From: Patescibacteria group bacterium
GTDB lineage: Bacteria; Patescibacteriota; Microgenomatia; UBA8517
Direction: 5' to 3'
DNA length: 64,000 nt
Assembly (NCBI GenBank): GCA_041742135.1
Contig: JBGSJG010000008.1
Location: 32,518 to 96,517 of the forward strand
Shown: positions 1-9,008 of the stretch, piece by piece
Layout of the letters: each line of letters starts with the position of its first letter
Numbering within the stretch: the first letter of the stretch is position 1
Program-made: the position numbers and the translations under genes
The notes under the pieces: model-generated
Databases searched by the model: none
What the model was told of the DNA's origin: nothing
Seen by the model: the letters and a program-made list of their open reading frames with translations, nothing else

Positions 1-541
1 GGCAGCTTCGGATCACTTGGTTCGTGCATATCATCACACTTACGGCCTTCCCATAACTATTACAAATTGCTCGAATAATTTTGGGTCGTTTCAAGATCCA
101 GAAAAGTTTTTGCCGAGGTTTATTACGAATTTGATCGACGGAAAGAAGATCCCAGTGTATGGTAAGGGTGAAAATATTCGTGATTGGCTGCATGTGGAGG
201 ATCATGTTCGTGCAATCGAAATGGTCATAAATAGGGGGAAATTGGGTCAAACGTATCTGGTCGGAGGGCAGACTGAGAACGTCACAAATCTAGCAATTGC
301 AAAAAAGCTTGTAAAAATATTTGGATTATCAGAAGACATGATTGAATATGTAGCTGACAGGCCGGGGCATGATTTGCGCTACTCGGTCGATTGGAGCAAA
401 ATCAATCACGAATTGGGATGGGAACCACAATATGATTTTGAGACATGGTTGACCAACACGGTTGAATGGTATAAAATTAACGAGTGGTGGTGGAGACCGC
501 TAAAGGCCGAGGCAGAGAAATTGTATGAAGATAGTAAGTGA
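1..541 (+). CDS. rfbB: dTDP-glucose 4,6-dehydratase, C-terminal part (5' end lies outside the window)
   Basis: The frame stays open to the window edge. Translation ...SDHLVRAYHHTYGLPITITNCSNNFG...IYGKGENIRDWLHVEDH...YVADRPGHDLRYSVDWSKINHELGWEP matches the conserved C-terminal half of RmlB/RfbB nearly motif for motif. Confidence 0.85.
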   Translation, partial: AASDHLVRAYHHTYGLPITITNCSNNFGSFQDPEKFLPRFITNLIDGKKIPVYGKGENIRDWLHVEDHVRAIEMVINRGKLGQTYLVGGQTENVTNLAIAKKLVKIFGLSEDMIEYVADRPGHDLRYSVDWSKINHELGWEPQYDFETWLTNTVEWYKINEWWWRPLKAEAEKLYEDSK

Positions 542-1028
542 TGACCGAAGTGATTTTTTAGATGTTAAAAGCAACGAAGCTTTTCTGCTTAGCGTTAAAG
601 CTCTAATTCTTAACGGCGATCGGATTTTAATTCTTAAATATCCCAAACGTGGTGAGACAAGGTGGAATGGTTCATGGAATGCAAGATGGGGATTGCCTGG
701 CGGACTGGTTGAAATGGATGAGGCCCCTGATGCCGGGCTGAAGCGGGAAATTAAAGAAGAAACTGGCCTTCAAGTTGAATTAGGGAGTGTTTTTGGCGTT
801 GGCGAAATGAAGTTGAAAAGGTTTATTTTTCGTGACGGAAGAGAATCTAAGGTTAGAATTATCGAGCTGGGATATAAGTGTTCGTATGTTAGCGGTGAAG
901 CGGTTATAAGTTCTGAGCATTCTGAATTCAAGTGGGTGACTGTTGCTGAGTTAAAAAAACTCAAATTTACTCCTGACTCAAAAGATTTGATACAATCATA
1001 TATAAGTGAAAACAACAAAAAAAGATAA
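525..1028 (+). CDS. Nudix hydrolase
   Basis: Canonical Nudix box GGLVEMDEAPDAGLKREIKEETGL (G-x5-E-x7-REUxEExGU). 167 aa. Overlaps the rfbB stop. Confidence 0.8.
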   Translation: MKIVSDDRSDFLDVKSNEAFLLSVKALILNGDRILILKYPKRGETRWNGSWNARWGLPGGLVEMDEAPDAGLKREIKEETGLQVELGSVFGVGEMKLKRFIFRDGRESKVRIIELGYKCSYVSGEAVISSEHSEFKWVTVAELKKLKFTPDSKDLIQSYISENNKKR

Positions 1029-1938
1029 CATTTTAGTTTTTGGAAGAGGGCAAATGTCAGGGTTTATCCCTCAATATTTTGACAATGTAGTGATTTCTGA
1101 GGCTGATATCACAAAGCCCGACGAGATTGCCCGAGACTTTGAGAAATTTAAACCAACTGTTGTAATTAATACCGCCGCAAAAACTAATATTGACTGGTGC
1201 GAGCTAAATCGGGCTGAAGCTTTTAATGTTAATTCTCTAGGGGCTCAGAATATCTGGGAAGCGTGCAAGAAAAACAATGCTTACATGTGTCATTTTTCTA
1301 GCGGGTGCATTTTTCACAGCAATTTTCACGATCAGATATACACTGAAACGGACGCCCCGAACCCTAGATGCTATTATAGTTGGACGAAAGTTTGGGCAGA
1401 AAATTTACTCGGAAAATCCGAGAAGCTCCTGGTACTTCGTCCCCGAGTTGTGATTTCATCCGAAATAAGCAGAAGAAACACCCTAGCCAAGTGGATGGTC
1501 TATTCGCATTTCATAAGTGATCAAAATTCGGTTTCAATAATTGAAGACATGTTGCCTGTAGTCTCGAAGCTTGTGCAAAAACGAATCTCTGGTACTTTCA
1601 ACATTGTGAACCAAGGTACAATATCTCCTTTGCAAGTTGCACATCTACTTAAAAAGATTGTCAATCCAAAATTAGTTATAAGCGAAACAACACTAGACGA
1701 AGTGAATAAAAATTTAGTAGCCAAAAGATGCAGTACACTTCTTAATACCGATGCCCTAAGGACTTTGGGATATGAATTACCCCATGTCGATAAAAGCATA
1801 TTAAAAGTAATCGAAAGTTTTGCTAAGAATTTAGAGAAGGCCGGAGGGTTATCGGCACTTTCAGAAATGCGAAACGAAGCGTTGGCCAAGTATTCAGTTC
1901 TTCAAAACAAGGCCTCTACTTTTTCCTCTGTAAATTAG
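1006..1938 (+). CDS. RmlD-like dTDP-4-dehydrorhamnose reductase family SDR
   Basis: VINTAAKTNIDWCELNRAEAFNVNSLGAQNIWEAC and CYYSWTKVWAE (YxxxK) align with RmlD blocks VNAAAHTAVDKAE..., HYSTDYVF and YGKTK. The N-terminal glycine-rich motif is degenerate (VFGRGQMSG). Confidence 0.55.
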   Translation: MKTTKKDNILVFGRGQMSGFIPQYFDNVVISEADITKPDEIARDFEKFKPTVVINTAAKTNIDWCELNRAEAFNVNSLGAQNIWEACKKNNAYMCHFSSGCIFHSNFHDQIYTETDAPNPRCYYSWTKVWAENLLGKSEKLLVLRPRVVISSEISRRNTLAKWMVYSHFISDQNSVSIIEDMLPVVSKLVQKRISGTFNIVNQGTISPLQVAHLLKKIVNPKLVISETTLDEVNKNLVAKRCSTLLNTDALRTLGYELPHVDKSILKVIESFAKNLEKAGGLSALSEMRNEALAKYSVLQNKASTFSSVN

Positions 1939-1946
1939 TTTTGTAA

Positions 1947-1975
1947 TTGCAATCACCCTCGTCCTCTAGTACAAT
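1947..1975 (+). promoter_or_regulatory. Sigma70-like promoter (TTGCAA-17bp-TACAAT) upstream of the 1547-aa gene
   Basis: TTGCAA at 1947-1952 and TACAAT at 1970-1975 with 17-bp spacing, about 50 nt upstream of the ATG at 2025. Confidence 0.45.
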
Positions 1976-2024
1976 ACTATGATCAATTTTTATAGACCTA
2001 TAGTTTACGGTATAGAAGATTTTT

Positions 2025-5000
2025 ATGGCAAAAAAAGCACCCGATTTGGACATTATAGTACCCGTTCTAAACGAAGAAAAATCAGTCGAAAAACTGATTA
2101 TAAGAGTTCATGATGCATTAAAATCTGCTCGTATTGAGTACAGATTGATCTTTGTTGATGATCACTCCTCTGATGCTACTGTAAAAAGGATTTTAGCTTT
2201 AAAGAAAAGTTACCCAATAGTTTTACTAACGAAAAAAGGGGCGCGTGGTAAGGCTTATAGTATTTTAGAAGGGGCGAGAGTCGCAAGCGCGAAAATCGTC
2301 GCGATGCTAGATGGAGATTTACAGTATCCTCCCGAGGCAATCCCCGAGATGTTTTCTCTTACAAAACAGCATGGGGTCGTAGTGGCAAACCGCAAAAAAA
2401 GAAGTACTTCAGCTTTAAGAAAGTTTGTTTCTAAGTTTGCTGCATTCGCGGTTGCAAAAGTGTTATTAGGCTTTAACTGTGATGCTCAGTCCGGTCTTAA
2501 GGTGTTTAAGCGAAAAGTAATCGAGAGTATTACTGAAGAAGACGTCAAGCCATGGGCTCTTGATATGCCACTTCTGCACTCAGCGCTTCAGATGGGTGAA
2601 AGCATCGGCACTGTGGATATTAACTTTAGCGCGCGAAAAAGTGGGCGATCTAAGGTTAATTTGTGGAAGACATCACTAGAAATTATTTTAGTAGCCTTGA
2701 AACTTCGTTTTGGTACATCAAAAGTTGCACACATATCTCCCGTGCGAGGGCACAAATATAAAGGTGCCGGCGTGATTCATAAATCGAAGACATATATTAC
2801 TCACACAAGGTTGCCTCACAGAAAATCTGCACTTTACACACTCGTGGCTTGGCAAAAGTGGTTTATACTCAGCGTATTCGCATTAGTGGGTATCGGACTT
2901 CTTTTGGATAGCTTGACCACGCTAGTGATTTTAATTGCTGGGCTGTCCTTAATATATTTTTCTGACGTGATTTTTAGCTCTTTTGTGCTACTCAAAAGCC
3001 TTCATTTCCCACCTGAGCTCAAATTTACCGACGAAGAATTAGGTGCAATCGACGAGAAGAAATTGCCTCTTTATACAGTTCTTTGCCCACTTTACAAAGA
3101 AAGCTCGGTTCTGCCGAAATTCGTCGAATCTGTTTCAAACCTGGACTGGCCCAAAAACAAGCTTGAAGTATTAATTCTCTTAGAAGAGGATGACGCAGAG
3201 ACACTCGAAGTGGCTAAAAGCCTTAAATTGGCAAAGTACTTTAAGGTAATAGTTGTTCCTGATTCCCAACCTAGAACAAAGCCTAAGGCTTGTAATTTCG
3301 GATTAAGCGAAGCGCGAGGAGAATTTACTGTTGTATACGATGCAGAAGACCGACCTGAGCCCAGCCAACTTAAAAAAGCGTACTTGGGGTTTCTTAAAAG
3401 TAGTAACAACGTAATATGCCTGCAATCTAAGCTCAATTATTATAATCCTGAAGGAAATTTGCTCACCAGGCTATTTACTGCAGAGTATTCGCTTTGGTTT
3501 GACGTTGTATTGCCAGGTCTTCAGTCGATCGACTCAAGTATCCCACTGGGGGGCACGAGCAATCATTTTAGAACTCAAGCACTAGCTGATCTTCACGGAT
3601 GGGACCCATTCAATGTGACAGAAGATTGTGATTTGGGAGTGAGAATTTTTAAGTCAGGTTTCAAAACTGCGATTATTGACTCCATAACTCTCGAAGAAGC
3701 TAATAGCTCAGTCAAAAATTGGATAAGACAGAGATCGAGGTGGATCAAGGGTTACATTCAAACTTACTTAGTCCACATGCGTGACCCCATTGCTTTTTTC
3801 AAGGCTCACGGCATCCATGCGCTAATTTTTCAGCTCATCATCGGGATGCGCATAAGCTTTTTGTTTATTAATCCGTTCTTGTGGTTAATGACGTTTTTAT
3901 ATTTCGCGTTTCGAAGTACTGTTGGCCCAACTATTGAAGCTCTTTACCCACCTGTAATTTTCTATATCGCCTCGTTTTCATTGGTCGTGGGTAACTTTAT
4001 GTACATCTATAACTATATGATTGGTTGCGCCAAAAGAGGCCAGTATGGGTTGATTAAGTATGTACTATTCATTCCTCTGTATTGGTTATTGGCTAGTCGC
4101 GCTGCTCTTAAGGCGATTCATCAACTTGTAGTTAAGCCTCATTTTTGGGAAAAAACTCACCACGGTCTTGATCAGGCAAAGATTGCTGTGCCAACGTTTG
4201 CGTTTCCAAAGGTTTCGGTCGTGGCATCAGGCTTAAGTCTAGTACTGGCCGCGTCTGTGGCAAACCTCTTAAATTTCATTACAAGTGCTTATCTTGGCCG
4301 CGTGCTCACTCCGGACGAATTTGGGCTAGTAGCGCTTATGAGCAGCCTCTTGTTTATTGTTCAGCTTGGCTACGGCGGGATTTTCCAAACCATGTCCCAC
4401 CAAACGGCCTATCTTTCAGGAAAGCACAAAAAACTGATCGGCAACCTCTGGACTAAAGTTCGCCCCAAAGTATTTTTTGCTTCAATCGTCTTCTTTTTGC
4501 TGTGGTTAATGCTAATTCCAGTCATGCCTAACTTCTTTAACTCAGCAACATTCGTACCATTTATTGTCTTCTCGCCAATATGGGTTGTGTTGTTTTTGAA
4601 CTCAGTCGACTCTGGGTTTATTCAAGGGAGTGGGAAATACCATTACCTTGCGGTTATATTTTCGCTCGAAGCATTTTCCAAGCTAGCATTGTCATTTTTA
4701 CTTGTTAACTCAGATCTTCGGGAATGGGTTTATGCTGCCTTGCCGCTTTCGACGTTTGTTAATTTAGCAATCGGCTGGAAGCTGGCCGGGCGTGTCTCGA
4801 AAAACAACCAACTTACAAAACCTCAGGAAGTTAAAACATCCAAAGATCTTACGCTTTCGAGGAAATTTTTAGCTAATTCGCTATTGTCTCAATTTGCCGT
4901 GATTTCTTTTCTTAGTTTGGATCTTTTGTTTGTGAAACATTTTATGTCTGCTCGGGATGCGGGTGTTTACGCATTATTGGCTCTTTCTGGCCGGATGGTT

Positions 5001-6668
5001 TATTTGGCAAGTAGTTTACTGGCACAATTTATACTGCCGATAATTAGCCGCCAGAGTGGTGAGGGCGAATTGCACAAGAACGCATTCAAGTGGTCAATGT
5101 TAGCTGTTGCCGCGCCTGCCTTGTTTGTGTTTTTAATTGTAGGACCGCTTGGTGCATTTACTTTGCCTCTGATGTTTGGGGAGCGTGCGCGAGAGATAAC
5201 TAGCCTCTCAACTACCTTCGCATTTTCAATGGTACTTTTTTCTTTGGCCGCCGGGATAGTTACATTTCACCAAGCTCGCAGACAATACGTTTTTGTGTTG
5301 GCAGGGGTAATCACTGCGGCAACTCAGGCCACACTTTTGCTGTTTTTCCATAGCAACTTGGGGCAAGTAGTTAATTCCATGTTGGCAAGTTCGATAACGT
5401 TTGTATTGCTGTCATCAATTTTTCACTTAAATTCCACAAGGATGGTAATTTTAGGTTCAAATTTTCGAGACATGTGGGATTTGCTTTGGATGAAATTTAA
5501 CGGAAAAACGCCGATTGAAGGCAAGCTTAGAATCTTAATATTAAACTGGCGAGACACAAAGCATGTATGGGCCGGAGGTGCGGAAGTTTATGTTCACGAG
5601 CTTGCCCGAAGATGGGTCAAAGAGGGACATAAAGTTACACTATTTTGTGGAAACGACGGCAAGAGCAAGCGTAATGAAGAAGTCGGTGGAGTGAGAGTTG
5701 TACGCCGGGGAGGATTTTACACAGTTTATCTTTGGGCTTTTTTCTATTATATATTTCGTTTCCGTGGCAGATATGATGTTGTTGTCGATAGCGAAAACGG
5801 TGTGCCGTTTTTTACACCACTTTACTCAAGAGTTCCAAAGATCCTTATCATCTATCATGTACACCAAGATATTTTTCAAAAACACCTGTCTTTTCCACTT
5901 TCAGTTGTGGCGCGATTTCTTGAAGGAAAATTTGTGCCTCTAGTTTATAAAAATGTTCAAATTGTTACCATTTCAAATTCATCCAAAAAAGGCTTGGTAA
6001 AGTTGGGAGTAGGAAATAGTAAAGAGATGTATGTGGTTAATCCCGGAGTTGATTTGAAACTCTTAAAGCCAGGACCCAAAGCGGCCAGCCCTACAATTTC
6101 CTATCTGGGTCGGCTTAAACCATATAAGTCGGTTGATACATTAATTAAAGCCGCGGCACTTCTTGTTAAGGATTTGCCTAGTTTGAAAGTAAAAATTGCT
6201 GGATTTGGAGAAAGTAGATTATCTTTGGAAAAATTGGTTGCAAAGCTTGGGTTGTCTAGTAACATTGAGTTTTTGGGTAAAATTTCTGAAAATCAGAAAG
6301 CGAAACTTTTAGCTCAGTCTTGGGTTTTTGTGCAACCATCTACCATGGAAGGTTGGGGAATTTCGGTGATTGAAGCAAACGCTTGTGGAACTCCCGTCGT
6401 GGCTTCCCGCGTACCCGGGCTTCTTGACTCGGTTAAAAATCCATCTACTGGGTACGTAGTTCAAGCAGGCAACGAGAAGGCTTTTGCCGAGAAAATTAAA
6501 AAAATTCTGACTGACGAGCAACTGAGAAATGAATTTTCGAAAAATTCAATAGAGTGGGCTCAAAGTTTTGACTGGAACGAGAAAGCTTCAGAATTTATGT
6601 TAGTGATTAATAAAACTGTCGCTCGCGCTAACGGCTCAGAATCATACAGTATCGCTGAAACTAATTAA
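2025..6668 (+). CDS. 1547-aa four-module glycan synthase fusion: GT2 (DPM1/GtrB-like) – GT2 with QxxRW – Wzx/MOP-like flippase – GT4
   Basis: Module 1 (nt ~2025-2714): IVPVLNEEKS...LIFVDDHSSD...MLDGDLQYPP. TM segments follow. Module 2 (nt ~3042-3824): DxD-like EEDDAE, DAEDRPE, TEDCDLG and QRSRW (at ~3727). Module 3 (nt ~4216-5450): 10-12 predicted TM helices. Module 4 (nt ~5527-6668): GT4 core with EGWGISVIEANACGTPVVASRVPG. Confidence 0.75.
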   Translation: MAKKAPDLDIIVPVLNEEKSVEKLIIRVHDALKSARIEYRLIFVDDHSSDATVKRILALKKSYPIVLLTKKGARGKAYSILEGARVASAKIVAMLDGDLQYPPEAIPEMFSLTKQHGVVVANRKKRSTSALRKFVSKFAAFAVAKVLLGFNCDAQSGLKVFKRKVIESITEEDVKPWALDMPLLHSALQMGESIGTVDINFSARKSGRSKVNLWKTSLEIILVALKLRFGTSKVAHISPVRGHKYKGAGVIHKSKTYITHTRLPHRKSALYTLVAWQKWFILSVFALVGIGLLLDSLTTLVILIAGLSLIYFSDVIFSSFVLLKSLHFPPELKFTDEELGAIDEKKLPLYTVLCPLYKESSVLPKFVESVSNLDWPKNKLEVLILLEEDDAETLEVAKSLKLAKYFKVIVVPDSQPRTKPKACNFGLSEARGEFTVVYDAEDRPEPSQLKKAYLGFLKSSNNVICLQSKLNYYNPEGNLLTRLFTAEYSLWFDVVLPGLQSIDSSIPLGGTSNHFRTQALADLHGWDPFNVTEDCDLGVRIFKSGFKTAIIDSITLEEANSSVKNWIRQRSRWIKGYIQTYLVHMRDPIAFFKAHGIHALIFQLIIGMRISFLFINPFLWLMTFLYFAFRSTVGPTIEALYPPVIFYIASFSLVVGNFMYIYNYMIGCAKRGQYGLIKYVLFIPLYWLLASRAALKAIHQLVVKPHFWEKTHHGLDQAKIAVPTFAFPKVSVVASGLSLVLAASVANLLNFITSAYLGRVLTPDEFGLVALMSSLLFIVQLGYGGIFQTMSHQTAYLSGKHKKLIGNLWTKVRPKVFFASIVFFLLWLMLIPVMPNFFNSATFVPFIVFSPIWVVLFLNSVDSGFIQGSGKYHYLAVIFSLEAFSKLALSFLLVNSDLREWVYAALPLSTFVNLAIGWKLAGRVSKNNQLTKPQEVKTSKDLTLSRKFLANSLLSQFAVISFLSLDLLFVKHFMSARDAGVYALLALSGRMVYLASSLLAQFILPIISRQSGEGELHKNAFKWSMLAVAAPALFVFLIVGPLGAFTLPLMFGERAREITSLSTTFAFSMVLFSLAAGIVTFHQARRQYVFVLAGVITAATQATLLLFFHSNLGQVVNSMLASSITFVLLSSIFHLNSTRMVILGSNFRDMWDLLWMKFNGKTPIEGKLRILILNWRDTKHVWAGGAEVYVHELARRWVKEGHKVTLFCGNDGKSKRNEEVGGVRVVRRGGFYTVYLWAFFYYIFRFRGRYDVVVDSENGVPFFTPLYSRVPKILIIYHVHQDIFQKHLSFPLSVVARFLEGKFVPLVYKNVQIVTISNSSKKGLVKLGVGNSKEMYVVNPGVDLKLLKPGPKAASPTISYLGRLKPYKSVDTLIKAAALLVKDLPSLKVKIAGFGESRLSLEKLVAKLGLSSNIEFLGKISENQKAKLLAQSWVFVQPSTMEGWGISVIEANACGTPVVASRVPGLLDSVKNPSTGYVVQAGNEKAFAEKIKKILTDEQLRNEFSKNSIEWAQSFDWNEKASEFMLVINKTVARANGSESYSIAETN

Positions 6669-6669
6669 C

Positions 6670-7593
6670 ATGCCCAAAACAAACAAACCAAAAATTACTG
6701 TGGGGATAACTACGTGTTATGGGAAAAGGCAGCTTCTATCTGCGGTTCGTTCTGTTAAAGAATCGGTTGGTGTAGACAATTTTGAAATTATTGTTATTGC
6801 GGACTCCGTGCCATTGACACCATTTGTTAAACAGGGTCTAAAAAAAATGGGGGTAATAATTCGCGAAAACAAGATACCTTCAAGTGCTTTTGCCAAACAA
6901 AAACAGATTTTAAAACTATGTAAAGGAGAAATCATAGTTTTAACTCAGGATGATATGTTATTCGAAAAAGGTGCTTTAAGAGAAATCGCATCAGCGCTAA
7001 GTGTTGACGACGGCGTTACCTTTGTTGGTATCCGGAATGAACCAGTTAGTCCAAAAACACTAGTCGAAAGGGGAATAAATGTTGGCACAAGGCTAAACAA
7101 TTCAATTGGAAAGCTACGGCGAGATGGCGATAACTATCTAGCAATGCTCGGGCGGGTTATGGCCTTTAAAGTAAGCTGGCTTAAAAAACTCAATGTTCAC
7201 TCTGAATCGGTTTCCTTGGATGCATATTTATACCTTGAAAACAAAAAACATGGAGGAAAGTATCGATGTTTGTGGAACACCTGTCTTTGGTTTCGAAACC
7301 CCACGAACATTGATGAGCATATTAGAAAAAGCAGCCGATTTCAAAACTCAAAACATGAAATGCTGTCTTACGGAAAGTTTGCCAACCTTGAAGTCGAATA
7401 TAAAATACCTTTCTGGGTTATTTTAATTGCTGCTACCAAGGAGCTAATGCGCGATCCTATCGGTTTTGTAATTTATGTATATATTTTTGTCTATACGAGA
7501 GTTTATAAGCAAAAACCAGCAGCGTGTCTGACTGCATTGTGGGAAGTGGATCGATCAACCAAGGATATTAGGATGGCCGGAGGTGCAAGATGA
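6670..7593 (+). CDS. Putative GT-A-fold glycosyltransferase with C-terminal TM segment
   Basis: KITVGITTCYGKR...FEIIVIADS...IIVLTQDDMLF resembles a GT2-like DxD arrangement; hydrophobic C-terminus. The start sits 2 nt after the upstream stop. Confidence 0.35.
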   Translation: MPKTNKPKITVGITTCYGKRQLLSAVRSVKESVGVDNFEIIVIADSVPLTPFVKQGLKKMGVIIRENKIPSSAFAKQKQILKLCKGEIIVLTQDDMLFEKGALREIASALSVDDGVTFVGIRNEPVSPKTLVERGINVGTRLNNSIGKLRRDGDNYLAMLGRVMAFKVSWLKKLNVHSESVSLDAYLYLENKKHGGKYRCLWNTCLWFRNPTNIDEHIRKSSRFQNSKHEMLSYGKFANLEVEYKIPFWVILIAATKELMRDPIGFVIYVYIFVYTRVYKQKPAACLTALWEVDRSTKDIRMAGGAR

Positions 7594-9008
7594 AAAAATT
7601 ATTTTCCAAGTATGATTTTTTACCATTTACTTTTTTGGCGGCCGTGTTGGTCTTTTTCCGATTGGGGTTTCATAGTTTCGAGCTAGATGAGGCTTTTAGT
7701 TTGTACATATCAAAAGATTTAGGGCAAATGTTTAAGATTCTTTGGAATAACGAATCAAACATGGGGCTCTATTATTTCTTACTTTATTTCTGGCAATTTT
7801 TAGGAACCAGCGAATTTGCCGTTCGAAGCCTTTCTGCGATATGTGCCATTCTTTCAGTTCCACTCGTTTATAAAATCGCCTCACTTATGTTTGACAGATC
7901 AACCGCTCGAATATCTAGCTTGCTGTTGGCTATTAATATTTATTTTATTTATGTAGGCCAGTTGGCCAGAGGATACTCGCTTTTACTCTTGTTGTCTTTA
8001 GTGTCTACGTATTCATATTTACACTTGAAAAAATACTCTAAAGCTAGGTATGTATATGTTGTATCGCTGATTGCTTCGGTTTTTACACATTATTATGCTA
8101 TCTTGCTATTTATTTCTCATGCTTTGGATGCGTTTACTCGAAAGTTTGCAGGGTCTTTTATTAAAATTGTTTGGCCGGTATTAATCGTTTTGCCTGTGAT
8201 CTTTATAGCTCCTTCATTTTCTAGCGGGCAAATTGACTGGATCGCTGCGCCGACAGTTAAGAATCTAATAGGCACAATATTTGTGCTAGCCGGCGATTTT
8301 CCTCCACTGTTTATAGTTTACGGACTAATTTTTGCTATGAGTTTGCCATTCTTGGTGAGCCGAATTAGGAATGAAAAAATGCAGTTTACATTAATTTGGT
8401 TGACTGGCCCAGTTGTTTTTGCCTTCATTTTTTCAATTTTTGTAAAGCCGATTTTCCAGTCGGTATACTTCATAGTTTGCCTTCCACCATTTTTAATTCT
8501 ATCAGCGCACTTAATCGATCAAATAAAAGTTAAGAAAATTAAGGAGACAATGCTTGCAGCAATTATCATTTTATCTATTGCCAGACTTTATTTGTGGTAT
8601 AGCGGAAATGCACAACACCAATGGATTTTAAGTAACACTTCTGAAGACTGGAGAGCACTGGCTCATTATGTCGATCTCCAGGAAGAGACGGGCGATTCAA
8701 AAATATTTTTTGGATACTACAACAGGCTGCCATACGGACTCTATGCGAAAGATAATGCGAAGTTTGTCGAAATTTCATCTGGACTATATTCACTGGGAGG
8801 CGGATCGAGTTTGCCCTACGCAAATTTGAATTTGATTGCTAGTTTCAATCACTCTCGTGTGTGGGTGATTAAGCGAAAAGCCGACTTAGGTAATTTCAAC
8901 GATCGAGAAATTTTAGACCAAATACATGTGACTTTGATACCAAATTATAATTTGGAAGAGGAGACAAAATTTCCAGAAGTATCTGTTGAACTGTGGAGCA
9001 AAATATGA
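7590..9008 (+). CDS. Multi-pass membrane protein, GT-C-like (PMT/ArnT-related) glycosyltransferase
   Basis: More than 10 hydrophobic helices. Acidic motif in the first extracytoplasmic loop (FELDEAFSLY). ATGA overlap with the upstream gene. Confidence 0.45.
   Translation: MKKLFSKYDFLPFTFLAAVLVFFRLGFHSFELDEAFSLYISKDLGQMFKILWNNESNMGLYYFLLYFWQFLGTSEFAVRSLSAICAILSVPLVYKIASLMFDRSTARISSLLLAINIYFIYVGQLARGYSLLLLLSLVSTYSYLHLKKYSKARYVYVVSLIASVFTHYYAILLFISHALDAFTRKFAGSFIKIVWPVLIVLPVIFIAPSFSSGQIDWIAAPTVKNLIGTIFVLAGDFPPLFIVYGLIFAMSLPFLVSRIRNEKMQFTLIWLTGPVVFAFIFSIFVKPIFQSVYFIVCLPPFLILSAHLIDQIKVKKIKETMLAAIIILSIARLYLWYSGNAQHQWILSNTSEDWRALAHYVDLQEETGDSKIFFGYYNRLPYGLYAKDNAKFVEISSGLYSLGGGSSLPYANLNLIASFNHSRVWVIKRKADLGNFNDREILDQIHVTLIPNYNLEEETKFPEVSVELWSKI

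Noticed and set aside
770-1018. Numerous 60-160-aa ORFs on the opposite strand or in alternate frames inside large genes (e.g. 770-1018, 1521-1889, 3092-3436, 5698-5943, 9130-9667, 29706-30176, 60528-60797).
   Set aside because: All lie entirely within well-supported longer CDSs with recognisable domains. They have low-complexity or compositionally odd translations and no motifs; they are typical shadow ORFs.
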